DNA of 44,622 bases from a virus. Both the position numbers and the translations under genes were made by a program. Positions within the stretch are counted from its first letter, which is position 1, and every line of letters starts with the position of its first letter. A model generated the notes under the pieces. It was given only the letters and a program-made list of their open reading frames with translations. It had not been told where the DNA came from and ran no database searches. This document shows, piece after piece, positions 1-8,395 of this stretch. Location of the stretch: IMG/VR virus record IMGVR_UViG_3300028534_000007, one strand, 5' to 3'.

Positions 1-127
1 CCAACGCAAACGCCTATTTTTCGGGGGTTTACTCTATGTTGCACTAAAAAAGGTAGCCAATTTTGACACCCCCAAAATTAATATTTTATTTTTAGTGGAT
101 TTTAAGCTAAAAAAGGTAGCCAACGCA
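1..127. repeat. Left copy of the exact 127-bp terminal duplication
   Basis: Base-for-base identical to 44496-44622 on comparison by eye. Confidence 0.9.
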
Positions 128-400
128 AACGCCTATTTTTCGGGGGTTTGCTCTACTTTAAGCTATTTTTTCAAACCTTAAAAAGTAGCAAAAAGGTTGC
201 CATAATGACACTCATTATCAAACTGGCTACTTTTTTACCCAAAAAGGTAGCCACTTTTTTCAAAAAGGTAGCCAACGCAAACGCCTATTTTTCGGGGGTT
301 TCCCTCGAATTGGCTACTTTTTTACTATTTTTTCTATAAGAGCCGAGAAGTATAATATTTAAGGGGTATATAATATAGGATTTTAAAAAAAGGTAGCCAA
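1..400. repeat. Iteron field, right half: AAAA(A)GGTAGCCA 12-mers in both orientations plus 37-nt long units
   Basis: GGTAGCCA preceded by an A-run at 52-59, 115-122, 246-253, 267-274 and 392-399. Inverted copies TGGCTAC followed by a T-run at 224-236 and 311-324. Degenerate copies at 181-202, with further degenerate copies outside this span at 985-1000 and 1069-1082. Long unit AAAAAGGTAGCCAACGCAAACGCCTATTTTTCGGGGG at 110-146 and 262-298. Confidence 0.85.
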
Positions 401-1301
401 CCAATTCTTAACTTAAAAATTAATAGAGCGTAACTACCTATTTAAAACCCAAAGTCTTACCCTTTTACATGCTCTTTAGAACCTCAACAGTATTAAAAAC
501 CATTTAAAGGGGAAAAATCCCTTTGATTTCAGTTCAATATTTTCTCTAAAATCAACCTCTTTTTTTAAATTCATAACATATTTATGTATTTTGTTATGAT
601 TTTTTAGCTATTTAATACAAGATTTTATATAGAACCCCTAATACTAAAATTTTTCCTATGATATTTATATATAATTTTGTGTTTTATGGGGCTTCATATT
701 AGCATTTAAGAGGGAAAATCTTTGTATTTTTAAACAGTTCCATATATATATAGTAAAATTTCCCTATATAAAAAATCCTATTCCATAAAAAAGACGCACA
801 AAAATGGGGTAAAAATCGACGAACTCAAGCTAACCTATACCTAACTATACCCTAAGACAAAAAATGGCTTATTTTGGAGCTGGGGCAAAAAATCTGCAAA
901 ACAGAAAAAATCTAGTCGGCAGGTAAAAAAACCCGACTCCAAAGCACCTTTTTTTTTCTGCCCCAACTGTTACTACATTTTGAGTTTTAAAAAATGTAGT
1001 CAACGCAAACCACCGAAAAATAATAGTTTGCTGTGTGGTTGCAACATTTTTGAAACATACAAAACCTAAAAAACGTTGCCAATATTTTTAGAAGATTCCA
1101 AGCCTTATCCCTTTATATGCACTATAAGATCCATTAAAGCAAAAATAACGCATTTTCTCCACCACCCCTATATAATATATAGAAAACACAAAAAGTTCAA
1201 AAATAATCCAAAATAGACACCAAATCGCACCAAAATTACATAAAAAATCATTTTTCTAAAACAAAAGATAAGACTTTCATGTATAAAAAGAAATTTTTTT
1301 C

Positions 1302-1331
1302 TTGACATACATATATAACTTATGTTATAAT
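1302..1331 (+). promoter_or_regulatory. Sigma70-type early promoter (TTGACA, 18 nt, TGT-TATAAT)
   Basis: TTGACA at 1302-1307 and TATAAT at 1326-1331, with a TGn extended -10. It lies 41 nt upstream of the first rightward ORF. Confidence 0.6.
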
Positions 1332-1371
1332 TGTGCTATCCAAACAAAAATAAAAATGAAAAGGATAAAAG

Positions 1372-1587
1372 ATGTTTAGTTTCTTTAGAAAAAAAAAGAG
1401 AGAAAGACTGTTAGCAAGAGAGGCAAGAAGAATACGCTTAGAAGCTGAAATTAAGGCTATTGAGAGCGATTTAAAGGCTTTAAGAGGTAGAAATGGTAGC
1501 AAAATGAGTAAGCTTGATTTAATGCAAGAAGCTATCTTATTAGTTAGATTATCAGATTTAAAAAAACAATTAGAGGAGGTAAAGTAA
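1372..1587 (+). CDS. Hypothetical small basic coiled-coil protein (first early gene)
   Basis: 71-aa ORF with an AAAAGGA SD before the ATG. The sequence is K/R/E-rich and heptad-like. Its stop overlaps the next start (TAATG). Confidence 0.55.
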   Translation: MFSFFRKKKRERLLAREARRIRLEAEIKAIESDLKALRGRNGSKMSKLDLMQEAILLVRLSDLKKQLEEVK

Positions 1588-2579
1588 TGAAAACAGTAGA
1601 ACAAATCGTATCAGAATTATTAGAAAATCATGCACTAGACACAATAAGAAGTGTTTTAGTGTTCGCAGGAATTAATCAACCTAATACAGTAAAAGATGTT
1701 CCAAACTCTCTTGAAATAGCTATAAATAATATAGAAGAGATTTTCAAAAGAGATAATAGAGATTTCTCTTTAGATGCAATGTTAAAACTAGCAGAGGTTT
1801 ATCAAGTGATTGGATTTACATATCTTAACAATATTGATAAGAAAGAAGAGTTATTAGCCCCTAAGTTTTATGGAAAAAAATGTAACTTACCAGTTGAGGA
1901 AAAAATTAGTGTTTATTTTGTCTATAAAAACGATGAGACAATCAAAGATGTAATTAGACATGTAGATAACTATTTTTTAAGTGTCAATGATAAAGCACTT
2001 AAGTTTGTAAAAGCTTTTGGACTTCCAGTCTTTAATTTTGATAAAGATATGGTGGTTTATATTCCTAAAGATAAAGGGATTTGTTTAGATTGGAGAGGTG
2101 CAAAAGCTAATAGACCACAGCTAGAAGAGAAGATATTAGATGAGGGATTTCTCTTCTTTAGAGGGTATAGAGGTAATCCAATATCTACTAAGAGTGATTT
2201 ATTCCACTTTTTATATACATTTTATAAAGAGTTTATGGGGCAAGAACATATCGATTTAATAGATTTTATAAAGAGAGGAAACTATAAGCTAACAGCTCAT
2301 AAGCATATAGTAGGAGTAATTAACTGCACCACAGCAAAAGCGTATAGATTTAGAAACCCTCAAGTATTGGGACTAAAAGATGCGAAACCAAAAGAGCAAA
2401 TAGATGCTTTAACCGATGAATTCGGAAGAGTATTAAGTAAGTATGACTACTTAGAAAAGAATGATTTTACTAGCAAATTAAGTGAATTGGAGAGTGAATA
2501 TAGAAGATATTTAATAACTCTTGAGGCACAAGGGATAATTAGTGAGCGGGTATCAGATAGAGCCCTAAAACTTATCTAG
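1587..2579 (+). CDS. Hypothetical early protein
   Basis: 330-aa ORF, translationally coupled to the upstream ORF. I recognise no motif. Confidence 0.6.
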   Translation: MKTVEQIVSELLENHALDTIRSVLVFAGINQPNTVKDVPNSLEIAINNIEEIFKRDNRDFSLDAMLKLAEVYQVIGFTYLNNIDKKEELLAPKFYGKKCNLPVEEKISVYFVYKNDETIKDVIRHVDNYFLSVNDKALKFVKAFGLPVFNFDKDMVVYIPKDKGICLDWRGAKANRPQLEEKILDEGFLFFRGYRGNPISTKSDLFHFLYTFYKEFMGQEHIDLIDFIKRGNYKLTAHKHIVGVINCTTAKAYRFRNPQVLGLKDAKPKEQIDALTDEFGRVLSKYDYLEKNDFTSKLSELESEYRRYLITLEAQGIISERVSDRALKLI

Positions 2580-2628
2580 TTTTTCCCTTTTATATGCTAC
2601 TCTTAGAGAAAACTCTAAGGGATAGCAA

Positions 2629-4680
2629 ATGTTAAACTACAATCAAACTACACAAAGACCACTTCAAACAATCTTACCAAACTATCAACAATCAGCCGTA
2701 AATCTTGCAAACGCTTTTAATTCTATTGCTAGAGGATTAACTCAAAGAGATTTAGAAATAGAGAGACAAAAAAAACTTTCTGAAGCCAAAAGAAAAGAAG
2801 AGGAGAGAAAGGCATTACAAGAAAGAAAAAAAATGATAGATGTTTTTAGTTCAGATGTGATGCACTCTTATAAAATAGGGTTAGAGAATGTCTTAAACGA
2901 CCCAAATCTAAAAGGAAATGACAAATTAAAAGCAATTAAAGAGTTAGGAGATAAGCACCTAGAACAGCTAAAAAAAGCCTACAATGAAAAAACAACAACC
3001 TCAGCAAGAAAAACCTACCAAGCTATACAGTTAGCCAATATACAAGCGTTTAACAGGGTTAGAGAGGTAGAAGAAAAGAAGATAAAAGAGGCACAAAAGC
3101 AAGATTTGATAAACAAGATACAAAGCACATCTCTATATTATAAAGACGCCCTAAGGCTAAATAAAGAGTTAGGGCTAGGTTTAGATGAAAGAAGTATAAC
3201 CAAAGAGTATAATAGAGCTGGAACAGCAAAAGCAGAGGAATTTATACAAAAAAGCGTTATTGATGGAGTCCCAAGTGAGCTAACAAGATTTAAAAGCGTA
3301 GATGACATTTATAATGCATTTTACAAGTGGACAGGATTACCAAAAGATAAACTAGATATACCAAACTCTATAATTAACGCCATAGCAAACGCCAATAAGT
3401 GGACTATTGCACAAAGAGAAAAGGCAATTAGAGATGCACAAAGAGCAAGACAAGCACAAGCAAATCGAGCACTAAGGAGAATAGAAGAAGAGGCAAGAAG
3501 AGCCGATATGAACGGACTGCAAGTTAATCCACAAGTAGAGAACTCTCTAAGAGTATTAGACCCTTTTTTAGATGATAAAGGAAGAGAGAGAGCAAGAAGA
3601 ATCCAAAACCAAATACAAGATAATAAGACTATTATAAACCAAATAGAAAGAGGTTTTTTAAATGGCAAATCAAAACAACAGATAGAGAATGATTTAAGCC
3701 AATATACAACCATATCTACAAAGGATAAACAAGCACTTATCGGAAAGGTTTTTAATAGGTTAATTGGGGGGTTAGAGTCTAATTTAGATAAAGCCATTAA
3801 AAAGGGAGATATGCGTTTAGCTGGTGAGTATATGACAAAATTATATCAATTGGATATGAATGAGGGAAGAAAAGTAGCTAATACACAGATAAAACGTGAA
3901 CTCTCTCTTTTAAATGCCTCTAGCCTTGATAGTGCAATAAACTCTTTACAACTTTATATAAACGCTGAAAAGAACTACAATAACCCTATACCACTAGAAG
4001 AGCAAAGACTATTAAGAGATTTGGAGAGTGCAAGACTTTTAATAGCAGGTAAAGAGAGCAAACAAGATATTAGCGACTATCTAACCACTAAAAAGAGAGA
4101 GTATTTAGAGAGAAAGAGAACCAAGCATTTAAGAGAATTAACTCTAAAAGAACAGAAGATAAAAGAGGGACTAACTAGTGAATGGCTGGAGTTTGATAAC
4201 TATACCACAGATAAAGAGATAAGAGCTTTTCTTTTAGCTAATCCAGATATTCCAATTGATAGAGTTTATGATGCGTTCAAAGCCCAAACAGTGGACATAG
4301 ACACCACCAATATACCACTAGTTAAGAATTGGGGTAAGTTTGATTTAGCACCAAGCCTACAAAATGGGAAGCTATTAATTCCTGATGATAGAGAACTAGG
4401 AGATAACTCTATTTCTCCATTTCTTAAGCAGTATATCCCACAACATAGCGACGATTTTACGCAGTTTGTAATAGATAAAACCAAAGAGAACTTAAAAGCT
4501 TTAGAAGTTGCGTATGGAGGGAAATTCAGCCAAATAGATAACTTTTATTTTATATTCCAAAAGACGCCCCACGGCTTACAATTACAAGCTTATGGAACAC
4601 CAAAAGGAGCATATAAAGAGGAGTTGTTAGGGGTTATAAATCACAAAGAATTACAAGACTATTTGAATAAATTTAAGTAA
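2629..4680 (+). CDS. Hypothetical large K/E/R-rich coiled-coil early protein
   Basis: 683-aa ORF with an AAGGGA SD at 2617-2622. It has long charged helical stretches and no catalytic motif that I recognise. Confidence 0.6.
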   Translation: MLNYNQTTQRPLQTILPNYQQSAVNLANAFNSIARGLTQRDLEIERQKKLSEAKRKEEERKALQERKKMIDVFSSDVMHSYKIGLENVLNDPNLKGNDKLKAIKELGDKHLEQLKKAYNEKTTTSARKTYQAIQLANIQAFNRVREVEEKKIKEAQKQDLINKIQSTSLYYKDALRLNKELGLGLDERSITKEYNRAGTAKAEEFIQKSVIDGVPSELTRFKSVDDIYNAFYKWTGLPKDKLDIPNSIINAIANANKWTIAQREKAIRDAQRARQAQANRALRRIEEEARRADMNGLQVNPQVENSLRVLDPFLDDKGRERARRIQNQIQDNKTIINQIERGFLNGKSKQQIENDLSQYTTISTKDKQALIGKVFNRLIGGLESNLDKAIKKGDMRLAGEYMTKLYQLDMNEGRKVANTQIKRELSLLNASSLDSAINSLQLYINAEKNYNNPIPLEEQRLLRDLESARLLIAGKESKQDISDYLTTKKREYLERKRTKHLRELTLKEQKIKEGLTSEWLEFDNYTTDKEIRAFLLANPDIPIDRVYDAFKAQTVDIDTTNIPLVKNWGKFDLAPSLQNGKLLIPDDRELGDNSISPFLKQYIPQHSDDFTQFVIDKTKENLKALEVAYGGKFSQIDNFYFIFQKTPHGLQLQAYGTPKGAYKEELLGVINHKELQDYLNKFK

Positions 4681-4747
4681 AATAGTGTATAATTCTATTG
4701 CCTCACAAGAGATTTCCAACACCCTAAAACTAAAACATTATTCCCCC

Positions 4748-4773
4748 ATATTCCCTCACTCGCGAGGGAATAT
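4748..4773 (+). other. 10-bp perfect stem-loop between early operons (RNA processing site or weak terminator)
   Basis: ATATTCCCTC, loop actcgc, then GAGGGAATAT. There is no U-tract after the stem. It lies 68 nt after the stop at 4680 and just upstream of promoter 4796-4824. Confidence 0.35.
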
Positions 4774-4795
4774 AAAAACTTTACTTACATACCCC

Positions 4796-4824
4796 TTTAC
4801 AAAGCAAAAATTTTATGTTATAAT
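4796..4824 (+). promoter_or_regulatory. Sigma70-type early promoter (TTTACA, 17 nt, TGT-TATAAT)
   Basis: TTTACA at 4796-4801 and TATAAT at 4819-4824. The spacer CAAAAATTTTATGT is shared with the promoters at 8328 and 44189. Confidence 0.6.
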
Positions 4825-4860
4825 ACTCTTACCAAACTAAAATTTTCGAAAGGGTTAAAA

Positions 4861-5187
4861 ATGGTAAGAGATGTTCGCAAGATGATAGAAGAAAAAAAGC
4901 AAGAGCTAAACCAAAAATTAAAAGAGGTTAAGCAGATAAGAGAGGAAATCAAAGATTTAAAGTATAATACTCTTCCAACAAGAGAAGAATTAGAAGAGAT
5001 TTTTAAAACTATCGATTATGAGATGGAAGACGGGAAAAAATATATACAAAAACCCGTTACTAAGCTATGGAGAAAGGCTAAAGAGTTTTTTCCAGCTTTG
5101 ACTGCTCATGATGTTAGTAAAATTTTCCCTATACACACAAAAAATATATATTTAGAAAACAAGATAATTAGAGGAGTAGAATTATGA
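4861..5187 (+). CDS. Hypothetical protein
   Basis: 108-aa ORF with a GAAAGGG SD. Its stop overlaps the next start (ATGA). Confidence 0.55.
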   Translation: MVRDVRKMIEEKKQELNQKLKEVKQIREEIKDLKYNTLPTREELEEIFKTIDYEMEDGKKYIQKPVTKLWRKAKEFFPALTAHDVSKIFPIHTKNIYLENKIIRGVEL

Positions 5188-6524
5188 TGTTTAAAGAATT
5201 TAGTCAATTAGAAAATATAGAGTTGGTGGATTATATATCCACCCATTTCTTCAAGTATGGAAAAGATTATTTAATAGTTGATGGTAACAACCTGCTTGAA
5301 CTATCCAATGTAGATAATGCCATAGATATAGCTCTTATCTCCCTTAAAAGGCAAGGTTTTTATTTTCCACCTAAACAAGTAATCAAAGAATTAAAATTGT
5401 GTTTTGATATGAATAGACTAAAAGATATTGAGTATAAAAAAGACCCTCTAATAAAGAAAGATAGATATAAATTAGAGGGGGAAATTCTAACGGTGTATAA
5501 GCCGTTTTTGAAAGATTTTGTAAGAGAAGTATATAACAAAGAGGATAAATCCATACTTAAAGGGGCATTAAGACACTTTGATTTTCTTCCAAATTTCATA
5601 AGGATAGTCACTTTTGGAAGAATCACTACGCTTAAAAATTCTTTCATTCATTTGCTCATAGAGAGCAACTACGGAAAAAGTATGCTAATGAGTGCTTTTG
5701 AAAGCCTTGATTTGACTTATGAAATAGATAATATTGGAGAGATAAGAAGAGATAACTCTATTAGTGCTGACAAAGTAGCTAACTCACTTTTTATCTTTGA
5801 AGATGAGAGCAAGGGGCTAACAGACGAACACAAGAAAAATACTTTTAAGGTTGCTATTGCTGAAAAATTTAAAATGCGTAAGAGTATAGATGTAGGTGTA
5901 AAAGTCCTTATGAGTGCTAATAATCCTTATTCTAGTGCAAAAGATGAGCAGTTATATAATAGATTAGAACTCTTTGATTTAAGAGGAAAGGGAAAAATTG
6001 ATGACAAAGAGTTTTATAAGAAGTATGGCTATCATAGAGTTATAGATGCACTTAAAAAGTATATCAAAAATACTATATTAGATATACTAGAAGAGTTAAA
6101 AGAGCAAGAGGATATTAATATATATAGTAGAGATAAATACTTAAAGGCGATAGAAAATATAAGAGGTGGAGCAAGGAACAAAGATGAGACTAAAAAGCCT
6201 CTAAGAGATGAAATTTATGACACTTTATTAGAAAATATATCATCTTTGCTAGACAATAAAGAAAATATAGAAAAAGTGGGGCTATTACAGGATAGTATTA
6301 TTGATGTTGGAGATATAGTCTTCCTGAAGCGACCTAAAAAGACAATTGCACGGCTCTTAATGATGAGTTTTAGCTCTGATGAAGTAAAACACATGATGAG
6401 TTATTATAATGAGTTTATAGAAAGTGGGTATTGTATTGATTATAGAAATAAAGCAGTTAAGATGGGAAATATGAAAACAAAATCAAAGGGCGTTGCTCTA
6501 GCTGTTAAATCGTTTGATTTTTAA
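5184..6524 (+). CDS. Putative SF3-type (P4 alpha / D5-like) helicase-NTPase, candidate replication initiator
   Basis: Walker A-like LLIESNYGKSML, Walker B-like SLFIFEDES, then VLMSANNP (motif C Asn). Order and spacing match SF3 cores. Confidence 0.5.
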   Translation: MMFKEFSQLENIELVDYISTHFFKYGKDYLIVDGNNLLELSNVDNAIDIALISLKRQGFYFPPKQVIKELKLCFDMNRLKDIEYKKDPLIKKDRYKLEGEILTVYKPFLKDFVREVYNKEDKSILKGALRHFDFLPNFIRIVTFGRITTLKNSFIHLLIESNYGKSMLMSAFESLDLTYEIDNIGEIRRDNSISADKVANSLFIFEDESKGLTDEHKKNTFKVAIAEKFKMRKSIDVGVKVLMSANNPYSSAKDEQLYNRLELFDLRGKGKIDDKEFYKKYGYHRVIDALKKYIKNTILDILEELKEQEDINIYSRDKYLKAIENIRGGARNKDETKKPLRDEIYDTLLENISSLLDNKENIEKVGLLQDSIIDVGDIVFLKRPKKTIARLLMMSFSSDEVKHMMSYYNEFIESGYCIDYRNKAVKMGNMKTKSKGVALAVKSFDF

Positions 6525-6534
6525 GGGGAAAATT

Positions 6535-8331
6535 ATGAGATGTGAGACACTAGACACTATAAAAGTGCTTATACCAAATCAAAAACCCCTAAGAGAGCAT
6601 CAAGAGCTTATAATTAAACAATTAAATAAACTAGATAGTTTACCAAAGATAACAGTCTCTCTCTTGACAGGTGCAGGAAAGACTGTGTTATTTTTCTCTT
6701 ATATGCACCAACCACACACTATAAATAAAAGAGCTTTATTTATAGTTCCTCAAATTAATTTAGCTCAGCAGACATCAAAAAATAGAGAGGTTGGATATAT
6801 ACAGGGGAAAACAGTTAGAGGGGTAAATAAGCGTATAGTTGTAGCTAATATTCATAAGTTAATGCTACTATTAAAAGCAAACCAGATAGAGCTAAATAGA
6901 TTCGATTATATCTTTATAGATGAGGCACACAAACAAGAACCGAGAATAAAAAAACTTATAGAACGGACTAATAAGAAAGTAAGGTTTTTGACTGCTACCC
7001 CTTTTGATGGGAATGGCTATTATAAGCCCTATCTAATGGATAGGATAATCGGAGAGGAATTTAATTTTAAGTATATGATTTCTAAGGGCTATTTAGTTCC
7101 TTATAGATTTTATCAAGTAGGGGACTTAGATACTTCAGGAATAAGCAGAAATAAAGAGGGGGAATACAATGATAAAGAACTGTATGAGAGAATAAAAAAC
7201 TCTAATATAGATATAGTCAAAACCTCTCTAAAGAAGATTGACAAAAGGTTTCCAACCTTAATAACAGCACAAAACATAGCACACGCTGAAGAGCTACACA
7301 AGGAATTTAATAAGGCTGGATTTAAGTGTGGCATAATCCACTCCAAGGTGGAAGAGGATAAAGAGTGGCTACTAAAGGCTTTAGAAGATAGATACTATGA
7401 CGCCCTAATAAGCGTTAAAATGCTTATAACAGGTGTAGATATTCCCTCCATAGGTAATATAGTTTTAGCTACTAGATTTGGCTCCGTGGCTGAACTGTGG
7501 CAACAGTTAGGGAGAGGGGCAAGAGTAGCACCAAATAAGACACATTGTAACGTTATAGATTTATTTGGGAATATAAAAGAGCATGGTCACCCATACGATT
7601 TTAAACCACAGATACCAAAGAAAAAAGAGAAGAGGGCAAAAAAGTTTAATTGTCCTGAGTGTGGGAGTGGTAATCTTAAAACCTATCATACAGAAGAGAC
7701 ACAAGAAGAAATACACAGATTTAAAAAGTGTAGCGTGTGTGAGTTTGAAGATGTAGAGATAATAGCAAAAGACACTATTAAGTGTAATAAGTGTTCTTTT
7801 ATTGGAGCAGATTACAAACTACAAAAAAAAGGAATTTATTTATGGGCTGTATGTCCTGAATGTAATAACAATATAGAGGTAGTAGATACTGTATTACCTA
7901 AAAAACTTATCCAGTATTCTAGCCTTGAACATGTAATGTTTGATATTAAAACTATAAATAATAGAGTAGGAAGCCTGTTAAACAATTCTCTTTTAGAGGA
8001 GTTTTTGAGAGTTGCAGATGTTGAGCATGTAGCGTTTATATATGATGTTCTAAGCAACTATGAAAGATACACTCCTAACAGCATTAAAAAGATTGAGAAT
8101 AGAATGAAATCTTATATCTCCTCTTTTAGTAAGCAAGATAAAAAGATATTAGAAGAGTTAAACGGAGATAAAGAGGCTTTTAGATTGGCTCAAGAGTGCA
8201 TAAAAATTACTGGATATAGTCGAGTGTTTGCTAGAATCAGACAAATTAAAAGCAGAAAACTAAAAAGCAAAATGACTACAAACCTTAAAAAATATCTTAC
8301 TTATCTTAAAAACATCTCTCAAGCCTCTTGA
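6535..8331 (+). CDS. SF2 DEAD/DEAH-box helicase with two C-terminal zinc ribbons
   Basis: Motif I LLTGAGKT, II IFIDEAHK, III LTATPF, VI QQLGRGAR. CxxC pairs CPECG..CSVCE and CNKCS..CPECN. The ORF track opens at TTG 6514, but ATG 6535 has an AAGGGG SD and is preferred. Confidence 0.85.
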   Translation: MRCETLDTIKVLIPNQKPLREHQELIIKQLNKLDSLPKITVSLLTGAGKTVLFFSYMHQPHTINKRALFIVPQINLAQQTSKNREVGYIQGKTVRGVNKRIVVANIHKLMLLLKANQIELNRFDYIFIDEAHKQEPRIKKLIERTNKKVRFLTATPFDGNGYYKPYLMDRIIGEEFNFKYMISKGYLVPYRFYQVGDLDTSGISRNKEGEYNDKELYERIKNSNIDIVKTSLKKIDKRFPTLITAQNIAHAEELHKEFNKAGFKCGIIHSKVEEDKEWLLKALEDRYYDALISVKMLITGVDIPSIGNIVLATRFGSVAELWQQLGRGARVAPNKTHCNVIDLFGNIKEHGHPYDFKPQIPKKKEKRAKKFNCPECGSGNLKTYHTEETQEEIHRFKKCSVCEFEDVEIIAKDTIKCNKCSFIGADYKLQKKGIYLWAVCPECNNNIEVVDTVLPKKLIQYSSLEHVMFDIKTINNRVGSLLNNSLLEEFLRVADVEHVAFIYDVLSNYERYTPNSIKKIENRMKSYISSFSKQDKKILEELNGDKEAFRLAQECIKITGYSRVFARIRQIKSRKLKSKMTTNLKKYLTYLKNISQAS

Positions 8332-8356
8332 CATAAACAAAAATTTTAGATACAAT
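8328..8356 (+). promoter_or_regulatory. Sigma70-type promoter (TTGACA, 17 nt, TACAAT)
   Basis: TTGACA at 8328-8333 overlaps the helicase stop codon, and TACAAT is at 8351-8356. The spacer CAAAAATTTTAGA is related to the one at 4802-4818. Confidence 0.55.
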
Positions 8357-8395
8357 ATCCCTATCAAAATAAAATTTTTTTGAAAGGGATACGAA

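Noticed and set aside
148-339. 63-aa plus-strand ORF in the ORF track
   Set aside because: It is composed almost entirely of the AAAAGGTAGCCA and 37-nt repeat units. It has no SD and yields a low-complexity F/L/K peptide, so it is most likely a by-product of the iterons.
339-1371. tRNA genes or a hidden protein gene in the long ORF-free regions (also 22869-23546)
   Set aside because: I could not trace a cloverleaf (acceptor stem plus T-arm GTTC-type motif), and there is no ORF of 60 aa or more. The sequence is A/T-tract rich, as in regulatory or origin DNA. This was not checked with tRNAscan and remains open.
1320-1604. 94-aa minus-strand ORF overlapping the first early gene and its promoter
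   Set aside because: It is antisense to a better-supported gene with promoter, SD and coupling, and it is F/L/S-rich like the other shadow ORFs. The same reasoning applies to the other antisense ORFs in the track, for example 3321-3797, 4266-4484, 5360-5647, 7113-7346, 7836-8057, 8842-9174, 9515-9784, 10409-10726, 10992-11261, 12129-12347, 12474-12743, 13726-15030 (plus strand), 16049-19255 (plus strand), 19844-20092, 21717-21935, 22552-22809, 25168-26551 (plus strand), 26466-27563 (plus strand), 28587-31313 (plus strand), 33472-33738, 34508-34758, 35575-35766, 37035-37394, 39089-39331, 42170-42506, 42995-43840 and 44027-44230.
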